Below are positions 41,418-55,808 of a stretch of 64,000 nt of DNA, piece after piece; the first letter of the stretch is position 1, and each line of letters begins with the position of its first letter. The position numbers and the translations under genes were made by a program. The stretch comes from Auanema rhodensis (Eukaryota; Animalia; Nematoda). The stretch lies in assembly GCA_964057225.1 (NCBI GenBank), contig OZ059895.1, positions 2,666,001-2,730,000 on the forward strand. Reading direction: 5' to 3'. The notes below the pieces were generated by a model. The model was not told the DNA's origin. It made no database searches and was given only the letters and a program-made list of their open reading frames with translations.

Positions 41418-44400
41418 ACTGATATAAGTTCACACTTATATCCTCGATTTTCACCCTGAAGAATTAATTTTTTCGTTGAATAACATTGTCCATCGTCTTT
41501 GCCTTGGAAAAAGGAATCTAAAAACATCTACTTTTTGCTAATTTATTTTGAAATTTTTCGAGAAAATTTTTGTCAAAATGTTTTTGGAAGCAATGTTGAG
41601 TGTACATGGAAACTCAACATACACTAATGCATCATTTTTCAAACAATCATAACTAATTTTTGTATTAAGCGTTTCTCAATGTAGTATAGTGCATTCGATG
41701 CGGATTGTTAAGCTGCGTCGATCTGTGTTATCAGATTTGCGCTAGCTTAAAAATGCACCGAGATATCAACTGATATAAGTTCACACTTATATCCTCGATT
41801 TTCACCCTGAAAAATTAATTTTTTCGTTGAATAACATTGTCCATCGTCTTTGCCTTGAAAAATAGAATCTAAAAACATCTACTTTTTGCTAAATTATTTA
41901 GAAATTTTTCGAAAAAATTTTTGTCAAAATGTTTTTGGAAGCAATGTTGAGTGTACATGGAAACTCAACATACACTAATGCATCATTTTTCAAACAATCA
42001 TAACTAATTTTTGTATTGAGCGTTTCTCAATGTAGTATAGTGCATTCGATGCGGATTTTTAAGCTGCGTCGATCTGTGTTATCAGATTTGCGCTAGCTTA
42101 AAAATGCACCGAGATATCAACTGATATAAGTTCACACTTATATCCTCGATTTTCACCCTGAAGAATTAATTTTTTCGTTGAATAACATTGTCCATCGTCT
42201 TTGCCTTGAAAAAAGGAATCTAAAAACATCTACTTTTTGCTAAATTATCTTGAAATTTTTCGAAAAAATTTTTGTCAAAATGTTTTTGGAAGCAATGTTG
42301 AGTGTACATGGAAACTCAACATACACTAATGCATCATTTTTCAAACGATCATAACTAATTTTTGTATTAAGCGTTTCTCAATGTAGTAAAGTGCATTCGA
42401 TGCGGATTTTTAAGCTGCGTCGATCTGTGTTATCAGATTTGCGCTAGCTTAAAAATGCACCGAGATATCAACTGATATAAGTTCACACTTATATCCTCGA
42501 TTTTCACCCTGAAGAATTAATTTTTTCGTTGAATAACATTGTCCATCGTCTTTGCCTTGGAAAAAGGAATCTAAAAACATCTACTTTTCGCTAATTTATT
42601 TTGAAATTTTTCGAGAAAATTTTTGTCAAAATGTTTTTGGAAGCAATGTTGAGTGTACATGGAAACTCAACATACACTAATGCATCATTTTTCAAACAAT
42701 CATAACTAATTTTTGTATTAAGCGTTTCTCAATGTAGTATAGTGCATCCGATGCGGATTGTTAAGCTGCGTCGATCTGTGTTATCAGATTTGCGCTAGCT
42801 TAAAAATGCACCGAGATATCAACTGATATAAGTTCACACTTATATCCTCGATTTTCACCCTGAAAAATTAATTTTTTCGTTGAATAACATTGTCCATCGT
42901 CTTTGCCTTGAAAAATGGAATCTAAAAACATCTACTTTTTGCTAAATTATTTAGAAATTTTTCGAAAAAATTTTTGTCAAAATGTTTTTGGAAGCAATGT
43001 TGAGTGTACATGGAAACTCAACATACACTAATGCATCATTTTTCAAACAATCATAACTAATTTTTGTATTGAGCGTTTCTCAATGTAGTATAGTGCATTC
43101 GATGCGGATTTTTAAGCTGCGTCGATCTGTGTTATCAGATTTGCGCTAGCTTAAAAATGCACCGAGATATCAACTGATATAAGTTCACACTTATATCCTC
43201 GATTTTCACCCTGAAGAATTAATTTTTTCGTTGAATAACGTTGTCCATCGTCTTTGCCTTGAAAAAAGGAATCTAAAAACATCTACTTTTTGCTAAATTA
43301 TCTTGAAATTTTTCGAAAAAATTTTTGTCAAAATGTTTTTGGAAGCAATGTTGAGTGTACATGGAAACTCAACATACACTAATGCATCATTTTTCAAACG
43401 ATCATAACTAATTTTTGTATTAAGCGTTTCTCAATGTAGTAAAGTGCATTCGATGCGGATTTTTAAGCTGCGTCGATCTGTGTTATCAGATTTGCGCTAG
43501 CTTAAAAATGCACCGAGATATCAACTGATATAAGTTCACACTTATATCCTCGATTTTCACCCTGAAGAATTAATTTTTTCGTTGAATAACATTGTCCATC
43601 GTCTTTGCCTTGGAAAAAGGAATCTAAAAACATCTACTTTTCGCTAATTTATTTTGAAATTTTTCGAGAAAATTTTTGTCAAAATGTTTTTGGAAGCAAT
43701 GTTGAGTGTACATGGAAACTCAACATACACTAATGCATCATTTTTCAAACAATCATAACTAATTTTTGTATTAAGCGTTTCTCAATGTAGTATAGTGCAT
43801 TCGATGCGGATTGTTAAGCTGCGTCGATCTGTGTTATCAGATTTGCGCTAGCTTAAAAATGCACCGAGATATCAACTGATATAAGTTCACACTTATATCC
43901 TCGATTTTCACCCTGAAGAATTAATTTTTTCGTTGAATAACATTGTCCATCGTCTTTGCCTTGAAAAATGGAATCTAAAAACATCTACTTCTTGCTAAAT
44001 TATCTTGAAATTTTTCGAAAAAATTTTTGTCAAAATGTTTTTGGAAGCAATGTTGAGTGTACATGGAAACTCAACATACACTAATGCATCATTTTTCAAA
44101 CGATCATAACTAATTTTTGTATTAAGCGTTTCTCAATGTAGTATAGTGCATTCGATGCGGATTTTTAAGCTGCGTCGATCTTTGTTATCAGATTTGCGCT
44201 AGCTTAAAAATGCACCGAGATATCAACTGATATAAGTTCACACTTATATCCTCGATTTTCACCCTGAAGAATTAATTTTTACGTTGAATAACATTGTCCA
44301 TCGTCTTTGCCTTGGAAAAAGGAATCTAAAAACATCTACTTTTTGCTAATTTATTTTGAAATTTTTCGAGAAAATTTTTGTCAAAATGTTTTTGGAAGCA

Positions 44401-47400
44401 ATGTTGAGTGTACATGGAAACTCAACATACACTAATGCATCATTTTTCAAACAATCATAACTAATTTTTGTATTAAGCGTTTCTCAATGTAGTATAGTGC
44501 ATTCGATGCGGATTGTTAAGCTGCGTCGATCTGTGTTATCAGATTTGCGCTAGCTTAAAAATGCACCGAGATATCAACTGATATAAGTTCACACTTATAT
44601 CCTCGATTTTCACCCTGAAAAATTAATTTTTTCGTTGAATAACATTGTCCATCGTCTTTGCCTTGAAAAATGGAATCTAAAAACATCTACTTTTTGCTAA
44701 ATTATTTAGAAATTTTTCGAAAAAATTTTTGTCAAAATGTTTTTGGAAGCAATGTTGAGTGTACATGGAAACTCAACATACACTAATGCATCATTTTTCA
44801 AACAATCATAACTAATTTTTGTATTGAGCGTTTCTCAATGTAGTATAGTGCATTCGATGCGGATTTTTAAGCTGCGTCGATCTGTGTTATCAGATTTGCG
44901 CTAGCTTAAAAATGCACCGAGATATCAACTGATATAAGTTCACACTTATATCCTCGATTTTCACCCTGAAGAATTAATTTTTTCGTTGAATAACATTGTC
45001 CATCGTCTTTGCCTTGAAAAAAGGAATCTAAAAACATCTACTTTTTGCTAAATTATCTTGAAATTTTTCGAAAAAATTTTTGTCAAAATGTTTTTGGAAG
45101 CAATGTTGAGTGTACATGGAAACTCAACATACACTAATGCATCATTTTTCAAACGATCATAACTAATTTTTGTATTAAGCGTTTCTCAATGTAGTAAAGT
45201 GCATTCGATGCGGATTTTTAAGCTGCGTCGATCTGTGTTATCAGATTTGCGCTAGCTTAAAAATGCACCGAGATATCAACTGATATAAGTTCACACTTAT
45301 ATCCTCGATTTTCACCCTGAAGAATTAATTTTTTCGTTGAATAACATTGTCCATCGTCTTTGCCTTGGAAAAAGGAATCTAAAAACATCTACTTTTCGCT
45401 AATTTATTTTGAAATTTTTCGAGAAAATTTTTGTCAAAATGTTTTTGGAAGCAATGTTGAGTGTACATGGAAACTCAACATACACTAATGCATCATTTTT
45501 CAAACAATCATAACTAATTTTTGTATTAAGCGTTTCTCAATGTAGTATAGTGCATTCGATGCGGATTGTTAAGCTGCGTCGATCTGTGTTATCAGATTTG
45601 CGCTAGCTTAAAAATGCACCGAGATATCAACTGATATAAGTTCACACTTATATCCTCGATTTTCACCCTGAAGAATTAATTTTTTCGTTGAATAACATTG
45701 TCCATCGTCTTTGCCTTGAAAAATGGAATCTAAAAACATCTACTTCTTGCTAAATTATCTTGAAATTTTTCGAAAAAATTTTTGTCAAAATGTTTTTGGA
45801 AGCAATGTTGAGTGTACATGGAAACTCAACATACACTAATGCATCATTTTTCAAACGATCATAACTAATTTTTGTATTAAGCGTTTCTCAATGTAGTATA
45901 GTGCATTCGATGCGGATTTTTAAGCTGCGTCGATCTTTGTTATCAGATTTGCGCTAGCTTAAAAATGCACCGAGATATCAACTGATATAAGTTCACACTT
46001 ATATCCTCGATTTTCACCCTGAAGAATTAATTTTTTCGTTGAATAACATTGTCCATCGTCTTTGCCTTGGAAAAAGGAATCTAAAAACATCTACTTTTTG
46101 CTAATTTATTTTGAAATTTTTCGAGAAAATTTTTGTCAAAATGTTTTTGGAAGCAATGTTGAGTGTACATGGAAACTCAACATACACTAATGCATCATTT
46201 TTCAAACAATCATAACTAATTTTTGTATTAAGCGTTTCTCAATGTAGTATAGTGCATTCGATGCGGATTGTTAAGCTGCGTCGATCTGTGTTATCAGATT
46301 TGCGCTAGCTTAAAAATGCACCGAGATATCAACTGATATAAGTTCACACTTATATCCTCGATTTTCACCCTGAAAAATTAATTTTTTCGTTGAATAACAT
46401 TGTCCATCGTCTTTGCCTTGAAAAATGGAATCTAAAAACATCTACTTTTTGCTAAATTATTTAGAAATTTTTCGAAAAAATTTTTGTCAAAATGTTTTTG
46501 GAAGCAATGTTGAGTGTACATGGAAACTCAACATACACTAATGCATCATTTTTCAAACAATCATAACTAATTTTTGTATTGAGCGTTTCTCAATGTAGTA
46601 TAGTGCATTCGATGCGGATTTTTAAGCTGCGTCGATCTGTGTTATCAGATTTGCGCTAGCTTAAAAATGCACCGAGATATCAACTGATATAAGTTCACAC
46701 TTATATCCTCGATTTTCACCCTGAAGAATTAATTTTTTCGTTGAATAACATTGTCCATCGTCTTTGCCTTGAAAAAAGGAATCTAAAAACATCTACTTTT
46801 TGCTAAATTATCTTGAAATTTTTCGAAAAAATTTTTGTCAAAATGTTTTTGGAAGCAATGTTGAGTGTACATGGAAACTCAACATACACTAATGCATCAT
46901 TTTTCAAACGATCATAACTAATTTTTGTATTAAGCGTTTCTCAATGTAGTAAAGTGCATTCGATGCGGATTTTTAAGCTGCGTCGATCTGTGTTATCAGA
47001 TTTGCGCTAGCTTAAAAATGCACCGAGATATCAACTGATATAAGTTCACACTTATATCCTCGATTTTCACCCTGAAGAATTAATTTTTTCGTTGAATAAC
47101 ATTGTCCATCGTCTTTGCCTTGGAAAAAGGAATCTAAAAACATCTACTTTTCGCTAATTTATTTTGAAATTTTTCGAGAAAATTTTTGTCAAAATGTTTT
47201 TGGAAGCAATGTTGAGTGTACATGGAAACTCAACATACACTAATGCATCATTTTTCAAACAATCATAACTAATTTTTGTATTGAGCGTTTCTCAATGTAG
47301 TATAGTGCATTCGATGCGGATTTTTAAGCTGCGTCGATCTGTGTTATCAGATTTGCGCTAGCTTAAAAATGCACCGAGATATCAACTGATATAAGTTCAC

Positions 47401-50192
47401 ACTTATATCCTCGATTTTCACCCTGAAAAATTAATTTTTTCGTTGAATAACATTGTCCATCGTCTTTGCCTTGAAAAATGGAATCTAAAAACATCTACTT
47501 TTTGCTAAATTATTTAGAAATTTTTCGAAAAAATTTTTGTCAAAATGTTTTTGGAAGCAATGTTGAGTGTACATGGAAACTCAACATACACTAATGCATC
47601 ATTTTTCAAACAATCATAACTAATTTTTGTATTGAGCGTTTCTCAATGTAGTATAGTGCATTCGATGCGGATTTTTAAGCTGCGTCGATCTGTGTTATCA
47701 GATTTGCGCTAGCTTAAAAATGCACCGAGATATCAACTGATATAAGTTCACACTTATATCCTCGATTTTCACCCTGAAGAATTAATTTTTTCGTTGAATA
47801 ACATTGTCCATCGTCTTTGCCTTGAAAAAAGGAATCTAAAAACATCTACTTTTTGCTAAATTATCTTGAAATTTTTCGAAAAAATTTTTGTCAAAATGTT
47901 TTTGGAAGCAATGTTGAGTGTACATGGAAACTCAACATACACTAATGCATCATTTTTCAAACGATCATAACTAATTTTTGTATTAAGCGTTTCTCAATGT
48001 AGTAAAGTGCATTCGATGCGGATTTTTAAGCTGCGTCGATCTGTGTTATCAGATTTGCGCTAGCTTAAAAATGCACCGAGATATCAACTGATATAAGTTC
48101 ACACTTATATCCTCGATTTTCACCCTGAAGAATTAATTTTTTCGTTGAATAACATTGTCCATCGTCTTTGCCTTGGAAAAAGGAATCTAAAAACATCTAC
48201 TTTTCGCTAATTTATTTTGAAATTTTTCGAGAAAATTTTTGTCAAAATGTTTTTGGAAGCAATGTTGAGTGTACATGGAAACTCAACATACACTAATGCA
48301 TCATTTTTCAAACAATCATAACTAATTTTTGTATTAAGCGTTTCTCAATGTAGTATAGTGCATTCGATGCGGATTGTTAAGCTGCGTCGATCTGTGTTAT
48401 CAGATTTGCGCTAGCTTAAAAATGCACCGAGATATCAACTGATATAAGTTCACACTTATATCCTCGATTTTCACCCTGAAGAATTAATTTTTTCGTTGAA
48501 TAACATTGTCCATCGTCTTTGCCTTGAAAAAAGGAATCTAAAAACATCTACTTTTTGCTAAATTATCTTGAAATTTTTCGAAAAAATTTTTGTCAAAATG
48601 TTTTTGGAAGCAATGTTGAGTGTACATGGAAACTCAACATACACTAATGCATCATTTTTCAAACGATCATAACTAATTTTTGTATTAAGCGTTTCTCAAT
48701 GTAGTAAAGTGCATTCGATGCGGATTTTTAAGCTGCGTCGATCTTTGTTATCAGATTTGCGCTAGCTTAAAAATGCACCGAGATATCAACTGATATAAGT
48801 TCACACTTATATCCTCGATTTTCACCCTGAAGAATTAATTTTTTCGTTGAATAACATTGTCCATCGTCTTTGCCTTGGAAAAAGGAATCTAAAAACATCT
48901 ACTTTTTGCTAATTTATTTTGAAATTTTTCGAGAAAATTTTTGTCAAAATGTTTTTGGAAGCAATGTTGAGTGTACATGGAAACTCAACATACACTAATG
49001 CATCATTTTTCAAACAATCATAACTAATTTTTGTATTAAGCGTTTCTCAATGTAGTATAGTGCATTCGATGCGGATTGTTAAGCTGCGTCGATCTGTGTT
49101 ATCAGATTTGCGCTAGCTTAAAAATGCACCGAGATATCAACTGATATAAGTTCACACTTATATCCTCGATTTTCACCCTGAAAAATTAATTTTTTCGTTG
49201 AATAACATTGTCCATCGTCTTTGCCTTGAAAAATGGAATCTAAAAACATCTACTTTTTGCTAAATTATTTAGAAATTTTTCGAAAAAATTTTTGTCAAAA
49301 TGTTTTTGGAAGCAATGTTGAGTGTACATGGAAACTCAACATACACTAATGCATCATTTTTCAAACAATCATAACTAATTTTTGTATTGAGCGTTTCTCA
49401 ATGTAGTATAGTGCATTCGATGCGGATTTTTAAGCTGCGTCGATCTGTGTTATCAGATTTGCGCTAGCTTAAAAATGCACCGAGATATCAACTGATATAA
49501 GTTCACACTTATATCCTCGATTTTCACCCTGAAAAATTAATTTTTTCGTTGAATAACATTGTCCATCGTCTTTGCCTTGAAAAATGGAATCTAAAAACAT
49601 CTACTTTTTGCTAAATTATTTAGAAATTTTTCGAAAAAATTTTTGTCAAAATGTTTTTGGAAGCAATGTTGAGTGTACATGGAAACTCAACATACACTAA
49701 TGCATCATTTTTCAAACAATCATAACTAATTTTTGTATTGAGCGTTTCTCAATGTAGTATAGTGCATTCGATGCGGATTTTTAAGCTGCGTCGATCTGTG
49801 TTATCAGATTTGCGCTAGCTTAAAAATGCACCGAGATATCAACTGATATAAGTTCACACTTATATCCTCGATTTTCACCCTGAAGAATTAATTTTTTCGT
49901 TGAATAACATTGTCCATCGTCTTTGCCTTGAAAAAAGGAATCTAAAAACATCTACTTTTTGCTAAATTATCTTGAAATTTTTCGAAAAAATTTTTGTCAA
50001 AATGTTTTTGGAAGCAATGTTGAGTGTACATGGAAACTCAACATACACTAATGCATCATTTTTCAAACGATCATAACTAATTTTTGTATTAAGCGTTTCT
50101 CAATGTAGTAAAGTGCATTCGATGCGGATTTTTAAGCTGCGTCGATCTGTGTTATCAGATTTGCGCTAGCTTAAAAATGCACCGAGATATCA
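41418..50192. repeat. Higher-order repeat domain built on a P-Q-R trimer with a P-Q-R-P-S pentamer
   Basis: P = 90G/125T/145G/290G; Q = 44A/95T/132A/250G; R = 130C/228G/270A; S = 95T/117C/130C/308T. Order for M119-M137 is PQR PQRPS PQRPS PQR P*QR (P* is a chimera). Confidence 0.85.
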
Positions 50193-50543
50193 ACTGATAT
50201 AAGTTCACACTTATATCCTCGATTTTCACCCTGAAGAATTAATTTTTTCGTTGAATAACATTGTCCATCGTCTTTGCCTTGGAAAAAGGAATCTAAAAAC
50301 ATCTACTTTTTGCTAAATTATCTTGAAATTTTTCGAAAAAATTTTTGTCAAAATGTTTTTGGAAGCAATGTTGAGTGTACATGGAAACTCAACATACACT
50401 AATGCATCATTTTTCAAACGATCATAACTAATTTTTGTATTAAGCGTTTCTCAATGTAGTATAGTGCATTCGATGCGGATTTTTAAGCTGCGTCGATTTG
50501 TGTTATCAAATTTGCGCTAGCTTAAAAATGCACCGAGATATCA

Positions 50544-53500
50544 AGTGATATAAGTTCACACTTATATCCTCGATTTTCACCCTGAAGAATTAATTTTTTC
50601 GTTGAATAACATTGTCCATCGTCTTTGCCTTGAAAAAAGGAATCTAAAAACATCTACTTTTTGCTAAATTATCTTGAAATTTTTCGAAAAAATTTTTGTC
50701 AAAATGTTTTTGGAAGCAATGTTGAGTGTACATGGAAACTCAACATACACTAATGCATCATTTTTCAAACGATCATAACTAATTTTTGTATTAAGCGTTT
50801 CTCAATGTAGTATAGTGCATTCGATGCGGATTTTTAAGCTGCGTCGATCTGTGTTATCAGATTTGCGCTAGCTTGAAAATGCACCGAGATATCAACTGAT
50901 ATAAGTTCACACTTATATCCTCGATTTTCACCCTGAAGAATTAATTTTTTCGTTGAATAACATTGTCCATCGTCTTTGCCTTGAAAAAAGGAATCTAAAA
51001 ACATCTACTTTTTGCTAAATTATCTTGAAATTTTTCAAAAAAATTTTTGTCAAAATGTTTTTGGAAGCAATGTTGAGTGTACATGGAAACTCAACATACA
51101 CTAATGCATCATTTTTCAAACGATCATAACTAATTTTTGTATTAAGCGTTTCTCAATGTAGTAAAGTGCATTCGATGCGGATTTTTAAGCTGCGTCGATC
51201 TGTGTTATCAGATTTGCGCTAGCTTAAAAATGCACCGAGATATCAACTGATATAAGTTCACACTTATATCCTCGATTTTCACCCTGAAGAATTAATTTTT
51301 TCGTTGAATAACATTGTCCATCGTCTTTGCCTTGAAAAATGGAATCTAAAAACATCTACTTTTTGCTAAATTATTTAGAAATTTTTCGAAAAAATTTTTG
51401 TCAAAATGTTTTTGGAAGCAATGTTGAGTGTACATGGAAACTCAACATACACTAATGCATCATTTTTCAAACGATCATAACTAATTTTTGTATTAAGCGT
51501 TTCTCAATGTAGTATAGTGCATTCGATGCGGATTTTTAAGCTGCGTCGATTTGTGTTATCAAATTTGCGCTAGCTTAAAAATGCACCGAGATATCAAGTG
51601 ATATAAGTTCACACTTATATCCTCGATTTTCACCCTGAAGAATTAATTTTTTCGTTGAATAACATTGTCCATCGTCTTTGCCTTGAAAAAAGGAATCTAA
51701 AAACATCTACTTTTTGCTAAATTATCTTGAAATTTTTCGAAAAAATTTTTGTCAAAATGTTTTTGGAAGCAATGTTGAGTGTACATGGAAACTCAACATA
51801 CACTAATGCATCATTTTTCAAACGATCATAACTAATTTTTGTATTAAGCGTTTCTCAATGTAGTATAGTGCATTCGATGCGGATTTTTAAGCTGCGTCGA
51901 TCTGTGTTATCAGATTTGCGCTAGCTTGAAAATGCACCGAGATATCAACTGATATAAGTTCACACTTATATCCTCGATTTTCACCCTGAAGAATTAATTT
52001 TTTCGTTGAATAACATTGTCCATCGTCTTTGCCTTGAAAAAAGGAATCTAAAAACATCTACTTTTTGCTAAATTATCTTGAAATTTTTCAAAAAAATTTT
52101 TGTCAAAATGTTTTTGGAAGCAATGTTGAGTGTACATGGAAACTCAACATACACTAATGCATCATTTTTCAAACGATCATAACTAATTTTTGTATTAAGC
52201 GTTTCTCAATGTAGTAAAGTGCATTCGATGCGGATTTTTAAGCTGCGTCGATCTTTGTTATCAGATTTGCGCTAGCTTAAAAATGCACCGAGATATCAAC
52301 TGATATAAGTTCACACTTATATCCTCGATTTTCACCCTGAAGAATTAATTTTTTCGTTGAATAACATTGTCCATCGTCTTTGCCTTGGAAAAAGGAATCT
52401 AAAAACATCTACTTTTTGCTAATTTATTTTGAAATTTTTCGAGAAAATTTTTGTCAAAATGTTTTTGGAAGCAATGTTGAGTGTACATGGAAACTCAACA
52501 TACACTAATGCATCATTTTTCAAACGATCATAACTAATTTTTGTATTAAGCGTTTCTCAATGTAGTATAGTGCATTCGATGCGGATTTTTAAGCTGCGTC
52601 GATTTGTGTTATCAAATTTGCGCTAGCTTAAAAATGCACCGAGATATCAAGTGATATAAGTTCACACTTATATCCTCGATTTTCACCCTGAAGAATTAAT
52701 TTTTTCGTTGAATAACATTGTCCATCGTCTTTGCCTTGAAAAAAGGAATCTAAAAACATCTACTTTTTGCTAAATTATCTTGAAATTTTTCGAAAAAATT
52801 TTTGTCAAAATGTTTTTGGAAGCAATGTTGAGTGTACATGGAAACTCAACATACACTAATGCATCATTTTTCAAACGATCATAACTAATTTTTGTATTAA
52901 GCGTTTCTCAATGTAGTATAGTGCATTCGATGCGGATTTTTAAGCTGCGTCGATCTGTGTTATCAGATTTGCGCTAGCTTGAAAATGCACCGAGATATCA
53001 ACTGATATAAGTTCACACTTATATCCTCGATTTTCACCCTGAAGAATTAATTTTTTCGTTGAATAACATTGTCCATCGTCTTTGCCTTGAAAAAAGGAAT
53101 CTAAAAACATCTACTTTTTGCTAAATTATCTTGAAATTTTTCAAAAAAATTTTTGTCAAAATGTTTTTGGAAGCAATGTTGAGTGTACATGGAAACTCAA
53201 CATACACTAATGCATCATTTTTCAAACGATCATAACTAATTTTTGTATTAAGCGTTTCTCAATGTAGTAAAGTGCATTCGATGCGGATTTTTAAGCTGCG
53301 TCGATCTTTGTTATCAGATTTGCGCTAGCTTAAAAATGCACCGAGATATCAACTGATATAAGTTCACACTTATATCCTCGATTTTCACCCTGAAGAATTA
53401 ATTTTTTCGTTGAATAACATTGTCCATCGTCTTTGCCTTGGAAAAAGGAATCTAAAAACATCTACTTTTTGCTAATTTATTTTGAAATTTTTCGAGAAAA

Positions 53501-54755
53501 TTTTTGTCAAAATGTTTTTGGAAGCAATGTTGAGTGTACATGGAAACTCAACATACACTAATGCATCATTTTTCAAACGATCATAACTAATTTTTGTATT
53601 AAGCGTTTCTCAATGTAGTATAGTGCATTCGATGCGGATTTTTAAGCTGCGTCGATTTGTGTTATCAAATTTGCGCTAGCTTAAAAATGCACCGAGATAT
53701 CAAGTGATATAAGTTCACACTTATATCCTCGATTTTCACCCTGAAGAATTAATTTTTTCGTTGAATAACATTGTCCATCGTCTTTGCCTTGAAAAAAGGA
53801 ATCTAAAAACATCTACTTTTTGCTAAATTATCTTGAAATTTTTCGAAAAAATTTTTGTCAAAATGTTTTTGGAAGCAATGTTGAGTGTACATGGAAACTC
53901 AACATACACTAATGCATCATTTTTCAAACGATCATAACTAATTTTTGTATTAAGCGTTTCTCAATGTAGTATAGTGCATTCGATGCGGATTTTTAAGCTG
54001 CGTCGATCTGTGTTATCAGATTTGCGCTAGCTTGAAAATGCACCGAGATATCAACTGATATAAGTTCACACTTATATCCTCGATTTTCACCCTGAAGAAT
54101 TAATTTTTTCGTTGAATAACATTGTCCATCGTCTTTGCCTTGAAAAAAGGAATCTAAAAACATCTACTTTTTGCTAAATTATCTTGAAATTTTTCAAAAA
54201 AATTTTTGTCAAAATGTTTTTGGAAGCAATGTTGAGTGTACATGGAAACTCAACATACACTAATGCATCATTTTTCAAACGATCATAACTAATTTTTGTA
54301 TTAAGCGTTTCTCAATGTAGTAAAGTGCATTCGATGCGGATTTTTAAGCTGCGTCGATCTTTGTTATCAGATTTGCGCTAGCTTAAAAATGCACCGAGAT
54401 ATCAACTGATATAAGTTCACACTTATATCCTCGATTTTCACCCTGAAGAATTAATTTTTTCGTTGAATAACATTGTCCATCGTCTTTGCCTTGGAAAAAG
54501 GAATCTAAAAACATCTACTTTTTGCTAATTTATTTTGAAATTTTTCGAGAAAATTTTTGTCAAAATGTTTTTGGAAGCAATGTTGAGTGTACATGGAAAC
54601 TCAACATACACTAATGCATCATTTTTCAAACGATCATAACTAATTTTTGTATTAAGCGTTTCTCAATGTAGTAAAGTGCATTCGATGCGGATTTTTAAGC
54701 TGCGTCGATCTTTGTTATCAGATTTGCGCTAGCTTAAAAATGCACCGAGATATCA
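50544..54755. repeat. Trimeric (1053-bp) higher-order repeat, about 4 copies
   Basis: C2G (CAAGTGAT) at 50545, 51598, 52651 and 53704, each followed by A332G, then a G143A/270A monomer; a 306T/317A monomer precedes each C2G. Confidence 0.9.
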
Positions 54756-55808
54756 ACTGATATAAGTTCACACTTATATCCTCGATTTTCACCCTGAAGA
54801 ATTAATTTTTTCGTTGAATAACGTTGTCCATCGTCTTTGCCTTGAAAAAAGGAATCTAAAAACATCTACTTTTTGCTAAATTATCTTGAAATTTTTCGAA
54901 AAAATTTTTGTCAAAATGTTTTTGGAAGCAATGTTGAGTGTACATGGAAACTCAACATACACTAATGCATCATTTTTCAAACAATCATAACTAATTTTTG
55001 TATTAAGCGTTTCTCAATGTAGTATAGTGCATTCGATGCGGATTGTTAAGCTGCGTCGATCTGTGTTATCAGATTTGCGCTAGCTTAAAAATGCACCGAG
55101 ATATCAACTGATATAAGTTCACACTTATATCCTCGATTTTCACCCTGAAAAATTAATTTTTTCGTTGAATAACATTGTCCATCGTCTTTGCCTTGAAAAA
55201 TGGAATCTAAAAACATCTACTTTTTGCTAAATTATTTAGAAATTTTTCGAAAAAATTTTTGTCAAAATGTTTTTGGAAGCAATGTTGAGTGTACATGGAA
55301 ACTCAACATACACTAATGCATCATTTTTCAAACAATCATAACTAATTTTTGTATTGAGCGTTTCTCAATGTAGTATAGTGCATTCGATGCGGATTTTTAA
55401 GCTGCGTCGATCTGTGTTATCAGATTTGCGCTAGCTTAAAAATGCACCGAGATATCAACTGATATAAGTTCACACTTATATCCTCGATTTTCACCCTGAA
55501 GAATTAATTTTTTCGTTGAATAACATTGTCCATCGTCTTTGCCTTGGAAAAAGGAATCTAAAAACATCTACTTTTTGCTAATTTATTTTGAAATTTTTCG
55601 AGAAAATTTTTGTCAAAATGTTTTTGGAAGCAATGTTGAGTGTACATGGAAACTCAACATACACTAATGCATCATTTTTCAAACAATCATAACTAATTTT
55701 TGTATTAAGCGTTTCTCAATGTAGTATAGTGCATTCGATGCGGATTGTTAAGCTGCGTCGATCTGTGTTATCAGATTTGCGCTAGCTTAAAAATGCACCG
55801 AGATATCA

